Assembly: GCA_963704725.1 (NCBI GenBank)
Contig: OY969934.1
Span: forward strand, 2,784,001-2,848,000
Length of the DNA stretch: 64,000 nucleotides
Reading direction: 5' to 3'
Source: an uncultured Actinomycetes bacterium
GTDB taxonomy: Bacteria > Actinomycetota > UBA4738 > HRBIN12
The position numbers and the translations under genes were made by a program. Below, in pieces: positions 32,196-42,402 of this stretch. The notes under the pieces are model-generated. The model did not search any database, was not told the origin of the DNA, and saw only the letters and a list, made by a program, of their open reading frames with translations. Position 1 is the stretch's first letter, and each line of letters begins with the position of its first letter.

Positions 32196-34700
32196 TCAGC
32201 CGGCTGTCTGATCGATCTGGACGTCGTCGAAGCTGGCGGTCCAGGTCTCCCCCGCCGGGCTCCCGATCTCGACACGCCCGATCGGGATCGTGCCGGTGTT
32301 CGCGACCTGCCCGGTCACGATCTGCACGCCGTCCCGGTACAGATCCCACGGGCCGGCGGTACCGACGATTCCGCACAACTCCAGCTCGTGCCATCCGGAA
32401 CCGAGCGCCACGCCGGAGCTGAACGTCGTGCTCGAGACGTCGGACTTGAGCTGGAGGATGCCGGAGGCGTTCACGAGCAGCCGGGCGATCGGGCCACTCC
32501 CCGACGTGCGCCACCTGGTCAGGACCATCGAGCCGCTTCGAGCGGTCACGTTCACCCGGAAGCCGACGCAGAGACTCCCGTACGTCGCTCCGAGGTCCTT
32601 CGTCGCGAACGCGCTCTGCGACGTCGGGTTGCCGACCGCGCTGGGCGGCGCGGGATCGCCCGCGCCGGCGTCGATCGTGAGCCGGGTGACGCTCGTCCAG
32701 GCCGAGAAGCCGCCCGATGAGAAGTCGTCGGAGAAGATCGCCGACTGGACCACGATCGGATCGGAGGCGGGGCTCTGGGAGCTCGCGTTGTCCGCGGCGT
32801 CGACGGCGTCGACCGTGTAGGTGTGGCTGGATCCGGGGACGAGCCCCGAGTCGGTGAACGATGCGAGCGTGGACTGCCCGATCGGCCTCCCATCGCCGTC
32901 GCGGTAGATCCGATAGGTGACCGGCGGCGAGTCGTCGGTCGACTCGGCCCAGGCGATGAGGACGGTCCCGAGCGACGGGCTCGAGCCCACGGGCCGGCCG
33001 GGAACGCTCGGGGCGGTCACGTCGGGCCCGGAGCTGTCGCCGACCGCCTGGTCGACTCGCACGTCGTCGAAGTTGGCCGTCCACGTTCCCGCCACCGGGC
33101 TCCCGATCTCGACGCGACCGATCGGGGTCACGCCAGTGTTGGCGATCCAGTTCGCGACGACCGGCGCGCCGTCCCGGTACAGGCTCCACGCCCCGGACGT
33201 TCCGACCGTTCCGCAGAGCTCGAGCTTGTGCCACCCACTGCCGAGCGCGACACCCGAGGTGGATGTCACACCGGAGACGTCCGACTTCACCTGGAGGATC
33301 CCCGCGCTGTTCACGAGCATCCTGGCGACGGGGCCGCTCCCCGGGGTCCGCCACCGCGTGAGGACCATCGAGCCGGACCGGGCCGTGACGTTCACGCGGA
33401 AGCTCACGCACAGGCTGCCGTACGAGGCGCCGAGATCCTTCAGGAGGGTCGCGCTCTGAGCGGCTGCGTTTCCGAGTGCGCTCGGCGGAGAGGGATTCCC
33501 AACACCGCCGTCGATCGTGAACCGCGTCGACGACGTCCACGAGGAGAGGTTGCCCGAAGAGAACCCGTCGACGAAGATGGCGGACTCGACCGTGACGGGG
33601 CTCGAGGGCGCGCTCTGGGCGCTTGCATTGCCGACGGCGTCGACGGCGTCCACCGTGTAGGTGTGGCTCGAGCCCGGGTCGAGACCCGGGTCCGTGAACG
33701 AAGCCGTGGTCGACTGCCCGATGGGCGTCCCTCCGCCGTCCCGATAGATCCGGTACGTGATGGGCGGCGAGTCGTCGGTCGACGCGGCCCAGCTCAGCGA
33801 CACCGTGCCGAGCGCAGAGCTCGCGCCCACGGGCTGGCCGGGAACGCTCGGCGGCAGGACGTCGGGCGTCGCGTGCTCGCCGACGGCCTGATCCACACGA
33901 ACGTCGTCGAGGTTCGCCGTCCACGTACCGGCCACCGCACTGCCGATCTCCACCCGCCCGATCGGGATCGTGCCGGTGTTCGCCGTCCAGCCGGTCACGA
34001 TCTGCACCCCGTCCCGGTACAGGTCCCACGTGCCGCCGACGGTGCCGCAGAGCTCCAGCTTGTGCCAGCCGGTGCCCAGCGCGACGCCCGAGGAGAACGT
34101 GGTGGCGGCGAAGTCCGAGCGGATCTGCAGGATGCCGGAGCTCGAGAGCAGGAGCCGGACGATCGGTGCGCTCCCTGCCGTCTGCAACCTGCTCAGCACC
34201 ATGGACCCGGTACGCGCCGCCACGTTCACGCGGAAGCTGACGCACGCGTCCAGGTAGCTCGAGCCGAGCTCCTTCACCGCGAAGGCGCTCGTTCCGGCGG
34301 GGTTCCCGGCGGCGCTCGGCGCGGACGGATCGCCCACGACGTTGTCCACCGTGAGCGCGGTCACCCCGCTCCACAGCGAGAAGTCGCCGTTGGAGAAGTC
34401 ATCCGCGAAGATCGCGGAGTCGACCTCGATGGGATCGGAGCTCGTGCCGATCTCGCTCGCGTTGCCGAGGCCGTCCAGCGCCTGGACGGCGTACGTGTGC
34501 ACATCGCCCGGGTTCAGTCCCTGGTCGAGGTAGAACGTGCCCGTCACCTGGGCGACCGGCACCGGCTGCCCGTCGCGGTAGATCCGATAGAAGATCGGAG
34601 GGTTGTCGTCGGTGGAGCCGGGCCAGCTCAGCGCGATCGTCCCGGCCTCGGTGCTCAGGCCGGTCGGCTTTCCGGGAACCGTCGGTGGCGCCGTGTCCAG
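32196..34700 (-). repeat. Three tandem diverged ~840-bp FN3 + C-terminal-domain units
   Basis: Repeated D..PP.VPG.P.G..LSW..STDD.PP..YRIYRDG...SAIF.D.FS.G...LELCG...RVEIGS...DDV..DQ. Confidence 0.9.
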
Positions 34701-37700
34701 CGGGACCGATGTGAACGCGAAGATGCCTCTGGACGTCCAGTTGAAGCCATCGGACGCGGGGCTCGCGAGCGTCTCCGTGCCCGGCACGGGCGCAGAACCG
34801 CCCATCACGGCGCCGTTGGCTCCGAAGTCCATGGCGTACAGGTTGCCGTCGATCCTGGCGAAGTAGAGCTTGCCGTCGACCATGGTGACGCCTCGCACCG
34901 AGCTCCAGTTGAGCCCGTCGCCGGATCCGCTCACGGTCCATACCTCGGCGCCGACGATCCGCGACTCCTGCGTGAAGTAGCGGTAGTACATCCGTGCATC
35001 GCCCTCGACCGTGTAGTAGATGCCGTGATTAGCGTAGAACATGCCCGTCAGCGTCGCGACGGGGAAGTTCGTCAGTCCGAACAGGTTCACGTCGAGCTGG
35101 GGTCCGAACAGGTTGCCGCTGAACCCGCGGGCGGTGAACCGTCCGTCGCTCCACCCCGTGTAGACGACGCTGTTGAGGGCGAAGGCGCCCCGGACGTTCG
35201 TCCAGTCGATCCCCGCGGTGGTCAGGGACTCGTGCGGCGAGAAGGCGGTCCCGTCGAACTGCCGCCGCTCGATGTGGTCGGTCGGCGTGGGCGTCACGGG
35301 CGCCACGTCCGTCCGGACGATCTCGATGGCGTTGAGCAGCGGATTCTCGGAGAAGTGGGCGAAGTCGACGTCCACGTTGCCGTCGCTCGTGACGTCGAAG
35401 GTCTTGACGGTGCCGGTCCTGTCTCCCACGTCGTCGACGATGTTGTAGTCGTCCAGGACGAGCGAGCCGTCGACCCGAACGTCGAACGCCCGCGGCGTGG
35501 CCGACCCGGGACCGGTGCAGGAGCACTGGTTGGCGAAGTACAGCCGAACCTGGGTCGGCACGCCCGACGGGACCGTGAAGTTCCACTCCATCTCGTTCCC
35601 GCCGCTCGGGTCCCACCGCTCGCTGAGGTACACCGAGGAAGGCGTGGAGGTCGGCACCGGCCCGGCGGGCTGGTACTGGACGGCGAAGGGCTGGTTGTAG
35701 GTGGCGGAGTTGCTCCCGGTCGAGTGGAAGACCGCCCCCGGCGACGAGGAGCCGCTGTCCGCGAGCCACCCCGGACCGCAGTCAGTCGCCGCGATGGCCG
35801 GACCGCCGGCGTTCACGCGCTGCAGGATCGACGGATCCGTTCCGGGGCAGGCCGGGAACGGCCCCGGCTCGACGTCGGTCCGCACAATCTCGATCGCGTT
35901 GACGATCGGATTGTTCGCCACGTGGGCGAAGTCGATGTCGACGTTCCCGTCCGCCGTGAGGTCGAACGACTTCATCGTGCCGGCGCGATGGCCCGCGTCC
36001 GGGATGATGTTGTAGTCGTCCAGCACGAGCGCGTCGTCGATCCGCACGTCGAACGCCCGCGTCGAGCCGCCCGGCCCGGTCGTACTGCTGTTGTTCGCGA
36101 AGAACAGGCGAACCTCGATTGGCGTGCCGGCGCCGACCGGAACGTTCCATTGCATCTCGTTTCCGCCGATCGAATCGGACCGATCCGTCGCGAAGACCTC
36201 GCGCGGCGTGGTGACCGGCACCGTCCCGATCGGCTGGTACCGGACGGTGTAGTCCGCGTTGAACGACTCCGCGTTAGAGCCGCTCAGGTGGAACGCAGCG
36301 CCCGGGGAGCTGTTGGTGCTGTCGCTGATCCAGTTCGGGCCGCAGTCGATCGACGGAATCTCCGGCCCGCCCGCGTTGGCCCGGAACAGTACCGACGCGT
36401 CGGGAGCGTCACAGCGCACGCCGTTGAAGTTGTACAGGTCGGCGGGGAGGTGGTACGAGGCGTCCGAGGGGACGGTCGTCCCGCCCTCCACGGGGAAGAA
36501 CGCGATCTTGCGGTGGGTCTCACCGCCGATGTGGTCCGTGTCGCTGCCCACCCACAGCCCCGCGGGCGTGGACACGAGCGCGAAGACACCCTTGCCGCGG
36601 TCGCGGCCGGGGTTCCAGGACAGCGGGACCCCGTTGGCGGGATCGAGCGCGGCGATCCCCTCGCGCACGACCGCCCCCGGGCCGACGCGGTCGCCGGCGA
36701 AGGGGTTGTTGAACCAGCGGTTGTGTCCCGCGGCGTAGATCGCGATTCCGGTGATGGCGACGGTGTGGATCGAGTCGCCGCCCGTGTAGTCGACCCAGGT
36801 CGGCTGGAGGGCGGAGCCCGAGGCGTCCGAGGGCCACCGCGAGACCGTGTCACACAGCGTGGCGGCCGAGTACGCCCCGGTCGTCCCGATGACGAAGTAC
36901 GAGCCGTCGGCGGAAAACTCGACGTCGCGCATGTACGTGTCGAAGGTCGACGAGCACATCGGCGTGAACCGATCGGTGGACCAGTCGGCGACGCTTGCGG
37001 GGGTCGTCGTCAGGTCGATGACGCCGGCCTGCCACCGGGTGAGCCCGGCGATCTTCGTGAAGTTGCCCAGCACGACGAGCCTCGTCCCGTCCGGGCTCAC
37101 CGCGATGTCGGTGATCCACGGGGGGTCGGTGGGCCGCCGCGGGTCCGTCACCGGGAGGTCGAAGTTGGGATCCGGGTCGCCGTTCGTGGCGTTGACGGCG
37201 GCCAGGAGCGAGCGCGGCGTCTGCTTGATCTGGAGGAACCGGCCCGCCACGTACAGCGTGTTGCCGAACACCTCGAGGTCGGTCACGGGATCGTCGGGCG
37301 AGGATCGGAATTGGTTGATCCTGGTCCCGGTGTTCGCGTCGAGCTTGACCAGCCGCCGGACGTTCTCACCGTTCACGGTGCTGAACGCGCCCCCGACGAA
37401 GACGTTGCCGTCCGGCGCCAGCTCGAGCGCGTTGACGGTCCCGATGATCGAAGCGTTGAAGGCGGGGTCGATGGCCCCCGTGGTGGCGTCGAACGCGAAG
37501 ATGTTGTCCTTGGCGATGGCGGGGCCGCCGCTCGCGGCCTGGACCTGGGTGAACTCGCCGGCGGCCACGATGCGCCCCCCAACCGGCAGGATGGCGTTGA
37601 TGACCCCGTCCAGCACGTGGGGTGTCCAGTCGACCGGGTTCGACGAGACGACGACCGCGTGCGGCGTGTTCTGGACGGCTCCCGCCGGGACGGGCACGCC

Positions 37701-37766
37701 GAATGTCGCGAGCACGATCACGATCAGGGACGCCGAGAGCCCGGCGCGGCGAGGGCGAGACGACAT
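32196..37766 (-). CDS. Large secreted protein: beta-propeller, 2 malectin-like domains, 3x (FN3 + shared C-terminal domain)
   Basis: Paralog of 11815-14646; two 'R.NAGG...VRL.FAN...RAFDV...NP..NAIEIV' malectin-like units; three ~840-bp tandem units. RBS GAGGAGG. Confidence 0.85.
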   Translation of the reverse strand: MSSRPRRAGLSASLIVIVLATFGVPVPAGAVQNTPHAVVVSSNPVDWTPHVLDGVINAILPVGGRIVAAGEFTQVQAASGGPAIAKDNIFAFDATTGAIDPAFNASIIGTVNALELAPDGNVFVGGAFSTVNGENVRRLVKLDANTGTRINQFRSSPDDPVTDLEVFGNTLYVAGRFLQIKQTPRSLLAAVNATNGDPDPNFDLPVTDPRRPTDPPWITDIAVSPDGTRLVVLGNFTKIAGLTRWQAGVIDLTTTPASVADWSTDRFTPMCSSTFDTYMRDVEFSADGSYFVIGTTGAYSAATLCDTVSRWPSDASGSALQPTWVDYTGGDSIHTVAITGIAIYAAGHNRWFNNPFAGDRVGPGAVVREGIAALDPANGVPLSWNPGRDRGKGVFALVSTPAGLWVGSDTDHIGGETHRKIAFFPVEGGTTVPSDASYHLPADLYNFNGVRCDAPDASVLFRANAGGPEIPSIDCGPNWISDSTNSSPGAAFHLSGSNAESFNADYTVRYQPIGTVPVTTPREVFATDRSDSIGGNEMQWNVPVGAGTPIEVRLFFANNSSTTGPGGSTRAFDVRIDDALVLDDYNIIPDAGHRAGTMKSFDLTADGNVDIDFAHVANNPIVNAIEIVRTDVEPGPFPACPGTDPSILQRVNAGGPAIAATDCGPGWLADSGSSSPGAVFHSTGSNSATYNQPFAVQYQPAGPVPTSTPSSVYLSERWDPSGGNEMEWNFTVPSGVPTQVRLYFANQCSCTGPGSATPRAFDVRVDGSLVLDDYNIVDDVGDRTGTVKTFDVTSDGNVDVDFAHFSENPLLNAIEIVRTDVAPVTPTPTDHIERRQFDGTAFSPHESLTTAGIDWTNVRGAFALNSVVYTGWSDGRFTARGFSGNLFGPQLDVNLFGLTNFPVATLTGMFYANHGIYYTVEGDARMYYRYFTQESRIVGAEVWTVSGSGDGLNWSSVRGVTMVDGKLYFARIDGNLYAMDFGANGAVMGGSAPVPGTETLASPASDGFNWTSRGIFAFTSVPLDTAPPTVPGKPTGLSTEAGTIALSWPGSTDDNPPIFYRIYRDGQPVPVAQVTGTFYLDQGLNPGDVHTYAVQALDGLGNASEIGTSSDPIEVDSAIFADDFSNGDFSLWSGVTALTVDNVVGDPSAPSAAGNPAGTSAFAVKELGSSYLDACVSFRVNVAARTGSMVLSRLQTAGSAPIVRLLLSSSGILQIRSDFAATTFSSGVALGTGWHKLELCGTVGGTWDLYRDGVQIVTGWTANTGTIPIGRVEIGSAVAGTWTANLDDVRVDQAVGEHATPDVLPPSVPGQPVGASSALGTVSLSWAASTDDSPPITYRIYRDGGGTPIGQSTTASFTDPGLDPGSSHTYTVDAVDAVGNASAQSAPSSPVTVESAIFVDGFSSGNLSSWTSSTRFTIDGGVGNPSPPSALGNAAAQSATLLKDLGASYGSLCVSFRVNVTARSGSMVLTRWRTPGSGPVARMLVNSAGILQVKSDVSGVTSTSGVALGSGWHKLELCGTVGTSGAWSLYRDGAPVVANWIANTGVTPIGRVEIGSPVAGTWTANFDDVRVDQAVGDSSGPDVTAPSVPGRPVGSSPSLGTVLIAWAESTDDSPPVTYRIYRDGDGRPIGQSTLASFTDSGLVPGSSHTYTVDAVDAADNASSQSPASDPIVVQSAIFSDDFSSGGFSAWTSVTRLTIDAGAGDPAPPSAVGNPTSQSAFATKDLGATYGSLCVGFRVNVTARSGSMVLTRWRTSGSGPIARLLVNASGILQLKSDVSSTTFSSGVALGSGWHELELCGIVGTAGPWDLYRDGVQIVTGQVANTGTIPIGRVEIGSPAGETWTASFDDVQIDQTAG

Positions 37767-38222
37767 CGGTTCCTCCTCGATCAGTGAGACGCGGGCGGGG
37801 CGATCGGCTGCAATCCGGACCCGGCGACGGGCAGCACGAAGCAGGCGCGTCGATCGGTCGATGGCGAAAACGACTCCCCTGCACTGCCCGTCGTAGGTCA
37901 CCCACCCTACCGGGGGCAGGTGGGCCCGGCTACGGCAGATGGTCCATACCTCGGCTCCACCGGTGGACCGGAACGTGAGCGGACGGCCTACGCCCTTCGC
38001 GGATCGGCGGGCGGGAGCGTTCGGGGCCGTGTTGCGGAGACGTGGAGTTTCGACGCACCCAACCCGCTCCCCACCGCCTCCCGCGAACCGCGCCGGGCAC
38101 GCAACCCGGCCCTTCTGCGCCGTCCTAGGCCGTTCGGAGTCGCACCTGCTCCCGACGGGTCATTGGGTGAGCAGCGGAGGCGGCGTATCATCGGCCGCAG
38201 CGAGCCAGCCTCTGGAGAGTCG

Positions 38223-39923
38223 ATGCCACCCCGAGATCCCTTCCTTCCCGTCCGCGACGACGGCATTGAGATCCAGGACTACCTGGAGGTCCTGCGGCGC
38301 CAAGCCCTCACGATCTCCCTGATCGCGATCATCGGCCTCGGCCTCGCGCTCGCGTACTCCGTTTCCCAGACCCCGACCTACACGGCGCGGACCGCGGTCT
38401 TGGTCCAGCCGCCGATGTCGAGCCAGGGCGTTCGCCTGGACCAGGCGATCAGCCTGGACACCGAGGCCCGCATCGTGACGTCGGCCCCCATCGCCCAGCT
38501 GGCCAAGGAGTCCCTGGGCACGACGATGACCATCACCCAACTCCTCAAGCACGTGAGCGTGGAAACGGCGCCCGACACCTTCATCCTGGACGTCCTGTAC
38601 TCCGACACCAAGCCGGTGGTCGCCGCGCAGGGAGCCAACGCCTTCGCCAACGGTTACCTCGAGTACAAGCGGAAGCAGGCGCTCGACAACATCGCCCAGC
38701 AGCGAGCCGTGATCGAGGACCAGATCTCCGAGCTCCGCTCGGTCGAGCGCGAGCAGAACGCGATCATCGAGCAGAGCACGCCGGGATCGCCCGAGTACGT
38801 CGCCGCCCAGGACCAGCTGAGCCGGATCGACGTCCAGATGGCCCTGTTCACGTCGCAGCTCGTGACGGTCGGCGGGGTCGTGGACCCGGGGAGCGTGATC
38901 CTGCCCGCGATGCCCCCCGCCTCTCCCTCGAGCCCCAAGCACGCGATGAACGGGGCCGTCGGCCTGTTCCTCGGCCTGTTCCTGGGGATCGTCGTGGCGT
39001 TCCTGCGGGACCGGGCGGACGATCGCATCCACGATCGGCGGGACCTGGCCCTGTACCTGCCGCTGCCGGTCCTCGCCTACGTCCCCCGGGTGCGGCCGCA
39101 GCAGGTGGGGGCCCGCCTGGTCGTCGAGAGCGACCCGAGGAGCCCCGCGGCGGAGTCCTACCGGACCGCCCGGACCGCGGTGCTCGCCATGGCGGCGCGC
39201 CGCAACATCAACGTGCTCGCGATCGTCAGCCCGATGCAGGGCGAGGGCAAGTCCACGACCGCCGCCAACCTGGCGACGGCCCTGTCCCACGCCGACAAGA
39301 ACGTACTGGTCGTGTCGGTCGACCTCAGGAAGCCTCACGTCCACGAGTTCTTCGGCGTGACCAACGACATCGGCCTGAGCGAGGTGCTGCGCGGCGACCT
39401 GGAAATCACGGACGCCATCGCCAAGAGCCGGCTTCCGAACGTCTGGGTCCTGCCCGGAGGTCACGCGCCGACCCATCCGGCGGAGCTGCTCCAGTCGCCC
39501 GCGCTGGCCGCCGGCTTCGCCCAGCTCCGCGACGCGTTCGACTTCGTCGTCCTGGACTGCCCCCCGGTCCTGGGGCTGTCCGACTGCCTGGCCGTGGTCC
39601 CGCTCGCCGACGCCGTCTTCGTCGTGGTGCGGGCCGAACAGTCCCGCGGCGGCGCGATCGTCGAGGCCTGCGATCAGCTGGCGCGGGTGGGGGCGCGGTT
39701 CGAGGGCGCGTTCGTCAACGGCATCCGCCTCCCCCGAGGGTGGAGGCAGCACTACGGGTACTACTCGGCGCCGCCCCAGCACCTCGAATTCGAACAGGGC
39801 CCTACCAGCCCACGCCACCTCGGCCCCCGCCCCGCTCCCGAGATCCAGGGGCGGAGCCTCAAGCGGCCGACCCGGCTGGGCGACGACAAATCGGGACGCC
39901 GCGCCGCGAGCGACGAAGGCTGA
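38223..39923 (+). CDS. Polysaccharide co-polymerase / tyrosine autokinase (Wzc-like)
   Basis: Wzz-like N-terminus (DYLEVLRR..TM..PTYTA), coiled coil, second TM, Walker A SPMQGEGKST, DLRKP, LDCPP, Tyr cluster HYGYY. Confidence 0.92.
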   Translation: MPPRDPFLPVRDDGIEIQDYLEVLRRQALTISLIAIIGLGLALAYSVSQTPTYTARTAVLVQPPMSSQGVRLDQAISLDTEARIVTSAPIAQLAKESLGTTMTITQLLKHVSVETAPDTFILDVLYSDTKPVVAAQGANAFANGYLEYKRKQALDNIAQQRAVIEDQISELRSVEREQNAIIEQSTPGSPEYVAAQDQLSRIDVQMALFTSQLVTVGGVVDPGSVILPAMPPASPSSPKHAMNGAVGLFLGLFLGIVVAFLRDRADDRIHDRRDLALYLPLPVLAYVPRVRPQQVGARLVVESDPRSPAAESYRTARTAVLAMAARRNINVLAIVSPMQGEGKSTTAANLATALSHADKNVLVVSVDLRKPHVHEFFGVTNDIGLSEVLRGDLEITDAIAKSRLPNVWVLPGGHAPTHPAELLQSPALAAGFAQLRDAFDFVVLDCPPVLGLSDCLAVVPLADAVFVVVRAEQSRGGAIVEACDQLARVGARFEGAFVNGIRLPRGWRQHYGYYSAPPQHLEFEQGPTSPRHLGPRPAPEIQGRSLKRPTRLGDDKSGRRAASDEG

Positions 39924-39951
39924 GAGCGGAGCGGGCTGGGGCGGGCGGGGC

Positions 39952-40794
39952 CTAGTAGGCGCCGCGTCCGGAAACGACCGCGGGAATGGTCTGCAGCAGG
40001 ATCCTGAGATCCTCGCGAACCGTCCAGGACTGGATGTACGCCAGGTCCATCTCGACCCAGGTCTCGAAGTCGAGGTCCGACCGCCCGCTCACCTGCCACA
40101 CGCAGGTGATCCCCGGGGTCACCGCAAGGCGCTGACGCTCCCGAGCACCGTAGGTCGCGTACTCGTCCGGAAGCGGTGGGCGCGGACCGACCAGGCTCAT
40201 GTCCCCCTTCAGCACGTTGATGAGCTGAGGCAGCTCGTCCACCGAGAGCTTGCGGATGAGGTGTCCCACGCTCGTGATCCGCGGGTCGTTCGGGATCTTG
40301 AAGATCGGTCCGGTGGCCTGGTTCAGGTGAACGATGTCCCCGCGATCCTCGTGGGCGTCCACGCGCATGGACCGGAACTTGAGCATCCGGAACGGCTCTC
40401 CGTCCCGCCCGATCCGCTTCTGCATGTACAGAACCGGTCCCCGAGAGGAGACGGCGACGGCACATGCCGTGACCAACAGGAGGGGCAGCAGGAGGACGAT
40501 CAGGAGCGCGCTGCCGACGATATCGATGCCGCGCTTCACGAAGAGCTGCCAGGATGCCGCCCCGAGCAACCCCCGGCGCTCGCGATGCCGCGCCGGGGCC
40601 TCGAGGACGACCAGATCGGTGGTCAGGTCCAGGACCGTCTCACCGCCGCCGCCCGACAGGGCGAGCCCGCCGATCGTGGGGGATGTCTCAACTGCCGAAA
40701 CCGAAAGCGAATCTGGAAACTGGGTGCCTTCGAGCCCCAGTGGACCGTTGCTCAAGTGCCTGCCCCTTCCGTGCCTGATTGCCCCCGAAAACAT
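39952..40794 (-). CDS. Priming sugar transferase (Bac_transf, polyprenyl-phosphate hexose-1-phosphate transferase)
   Basis: KRGIDI, GPVLYMQKRIG, KFRSM, DPRIT.VG, DELPQL.NVL.GDMSLVGPRP, PGIT..WQVSGR. Start uncertain. Confidence 0.93.
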   Translation of the reverse strand: MFSGAIRHGRGRHLSNGPLGLEGTQFPDSLSVSAVETSPTIGGLALSGGGGETVLDLTTDLVVLEAPARHRERRGLLGAASWQLFVKRGIDIVGSALLIVLLLPLLLVTACAVAVSSRGPVLYMQKRIGRDGEPFRMLKFRSMRVDAHEDRGDIVHLNQATGPIFKIPNDPRITSVGHLIRKLSVDELPQLINVLKGDMSLVGPRPPLPDEYATYGARERQRLAVTPGITCVWQVSGRSDLDFETWVEMDLAYIQSWTVREDLRILLQTIPAVVSGRGAY

Positions 40795-41080
40795 GAGGGT
40801 CGCTACCCCGAAGGTCCATCACCCCCCCGTTGGCGAAGGACCCGGCCGGTGACCCCCCGACCTCCGAGTATTGTGGGTCACCGGGGTTACAGCATCCTCG
40901 TGCAAATGAGTGATTCCTGGGCCATCCCTTAGTCCTAAGCCGCGTGCCGATTCCGAGCTATCCGGAGGCGCCGCGGGCTCGACTCGGGCCGGGCCCGAGA
41001 GGCCCAGGGTCCCGAGGACCAGCCAACCGTTGCGCTGAGGCGGTCCCCGCCCGGCCAAGAGAGGGGCCGGACCGCTCGGC

Positions 41081-42241
41081 TCAGTGCCCCATCCCGACCC
41101 GCTGCGCGGTCTGGTAGGTCTTGCCCTCGGTCTTGATGGAAGGGGCCACGACCAGCTCCGCCTTCTGGAACTCGCGGATCGTCGCGTAGCCCGTGGTGGC
41201 CATCGACGTGGCGAGCGCGCCGAACAGGTTGAACGTGCCGTCGTTCTCGTGGGCGGGCCCGACGAGGATCTCCTCGAGCGAGGCCGTCTGCTGCATCTTC
41301 ACCCGTGCTCCTCTCGGCAGGCTCGGATGGAACGTCGCCATGCCCCAGTGGTAGCCGCGGCCGGGGGCCTCGTAGGCCCGCGTGAGGGGGGACCCGATCA
41401 TGACGGCGTCCGCCCCGCAGGCGACCGCCTTGGCGAGGTCGCCGCCCGTGCGCATCCCGCCGTCCGCGATGACGTGGCAGTAGCGCCCGGTCTCGCGCAG
41501 GTGCTCCATCCTGGCCGCCGCGGCGTCGGCGATCGCCGTGGCCTGGGGCACGCCCACGCCCAGGACGCCGCGGGTGGTGCACGCGTTCCCCGGTCCCACG
41601 CCGACCAGGACCCCCACCGCACCGGTCCTCATGAGGTGCAGGGCCGTCGTGTACGAGGCACAGCCGCCGACGATCACCGGCAGGTCGAACGTCCGGATGA
41701 ACTCCTTGAGGTTCAGCGGCTCCGTCTGGCTGGAGACGTGCTCGGCGGAGACCACCGTTCCCTGGATCACCAGGATGTCGAGACCGGCCTCGAGCACGAG
41801 CTTCGCGTAGCGCTCGACCCGCTGGGGGGTGAGCGAGGCGCAGCTCGTGACCCCGGCCTCCTTGATCTCGCGGATCCGGTCGCCGACGAGCTCCTCCTTC
41901 ACCGGCTCCCGGTAGAGCTCCTGCATGCGGCGGGTGGCCTTCTCGTCCGGCAGCGAGGCGATCTCCTCGTAGACGGGCTCCGGGTCCTCGTACCGGGTCC
42001 ACAGCCCCTCGAGGTTCAGGCACGCGCTCCCGCCGAGGCGGGCGATCCGGGTGGCGGTCGCGGGCGACACCGCCGCGTCCATCGCGCTGGCCATCATCGG
42101 GAGGCGGAAGGTGTAGGCGTCGATCTCCCACGAGATGTCGACGTCGTCGGGATCCCGAGTTCGGCGGGACGGCACGATCGCCACCTCGTCGAACCCGTAG
42201 GCCCGCCGCGCGACCTTCGCCTTGCCGATCTCGATCTCCAT
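41081..42241 (-). CDS. GuaB3-family IMP dehydrogenase-related protein
   Basis: MEIEIG..K.ARRAYGFDEVAIVPSRRTRDP, QGTVVSAEH, LHLMRTGA.GVLVG, IADGG, HWG. Confidence 0.93.
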   Translation of the reverse strand: MEIEIGKAKVARRAYGFDEVAIVPSRRTRDPDDVDISWEIDAYTFRLPMMASAMDAAVSPATATRIARLGGSACLNLEGLWTRYEDPEPVYEEIASLPDEKATRRMQELYREPVKEELVGDRIREIKEAGVTSCASLTPQRVERYAKLVLEAGLDILVIQGTVVSAEHVSSQTEPLNLKEFIRTFDLPVIVGGCASYTTALHLMRTGAVGVLVGVGPGNACTTRGVLGVGVPQATAIADAAAARMEHLRETGRYCHVIADGGMRTGGDLAKAVACGADAVMIGSPLTRAYEAPGRGYHWGMATFHPSLPRGARVKMQQTASLEEILVGPAHENDGTFNLFGALATSMATTGYATIREFQKAELVVAPSIKTEGKTYQTAQRVGMGH

Positions 42242-42402
42242 GCCGCTTCCCCCGTTCCGAACCCGGCCCCAACAGCCCCGGATATGCAGCGGCGCCCACC
42301 CGCTCGCCGGATGGGCGCCGTCTCACTCCATCAACGGAAGGTACCACGGCCCACCGGCGGCTCTGGGGCTTCCGGAGACGCGGATCGGAGTCTGCCCGCC
42401 GC

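Noticed and set aside
32823-37787. 1654-aa plus-strand ORF and other long antisense or alternative-frame ORFs (e.g. 1651-3894, 7402-9732, 14567-17083, 55392-57743)
   Set aside because: They shadow well-supported genes, are Arg/Gly/Pro-rich with no recognisable motifs, and are expected from high GC content and codon bias.
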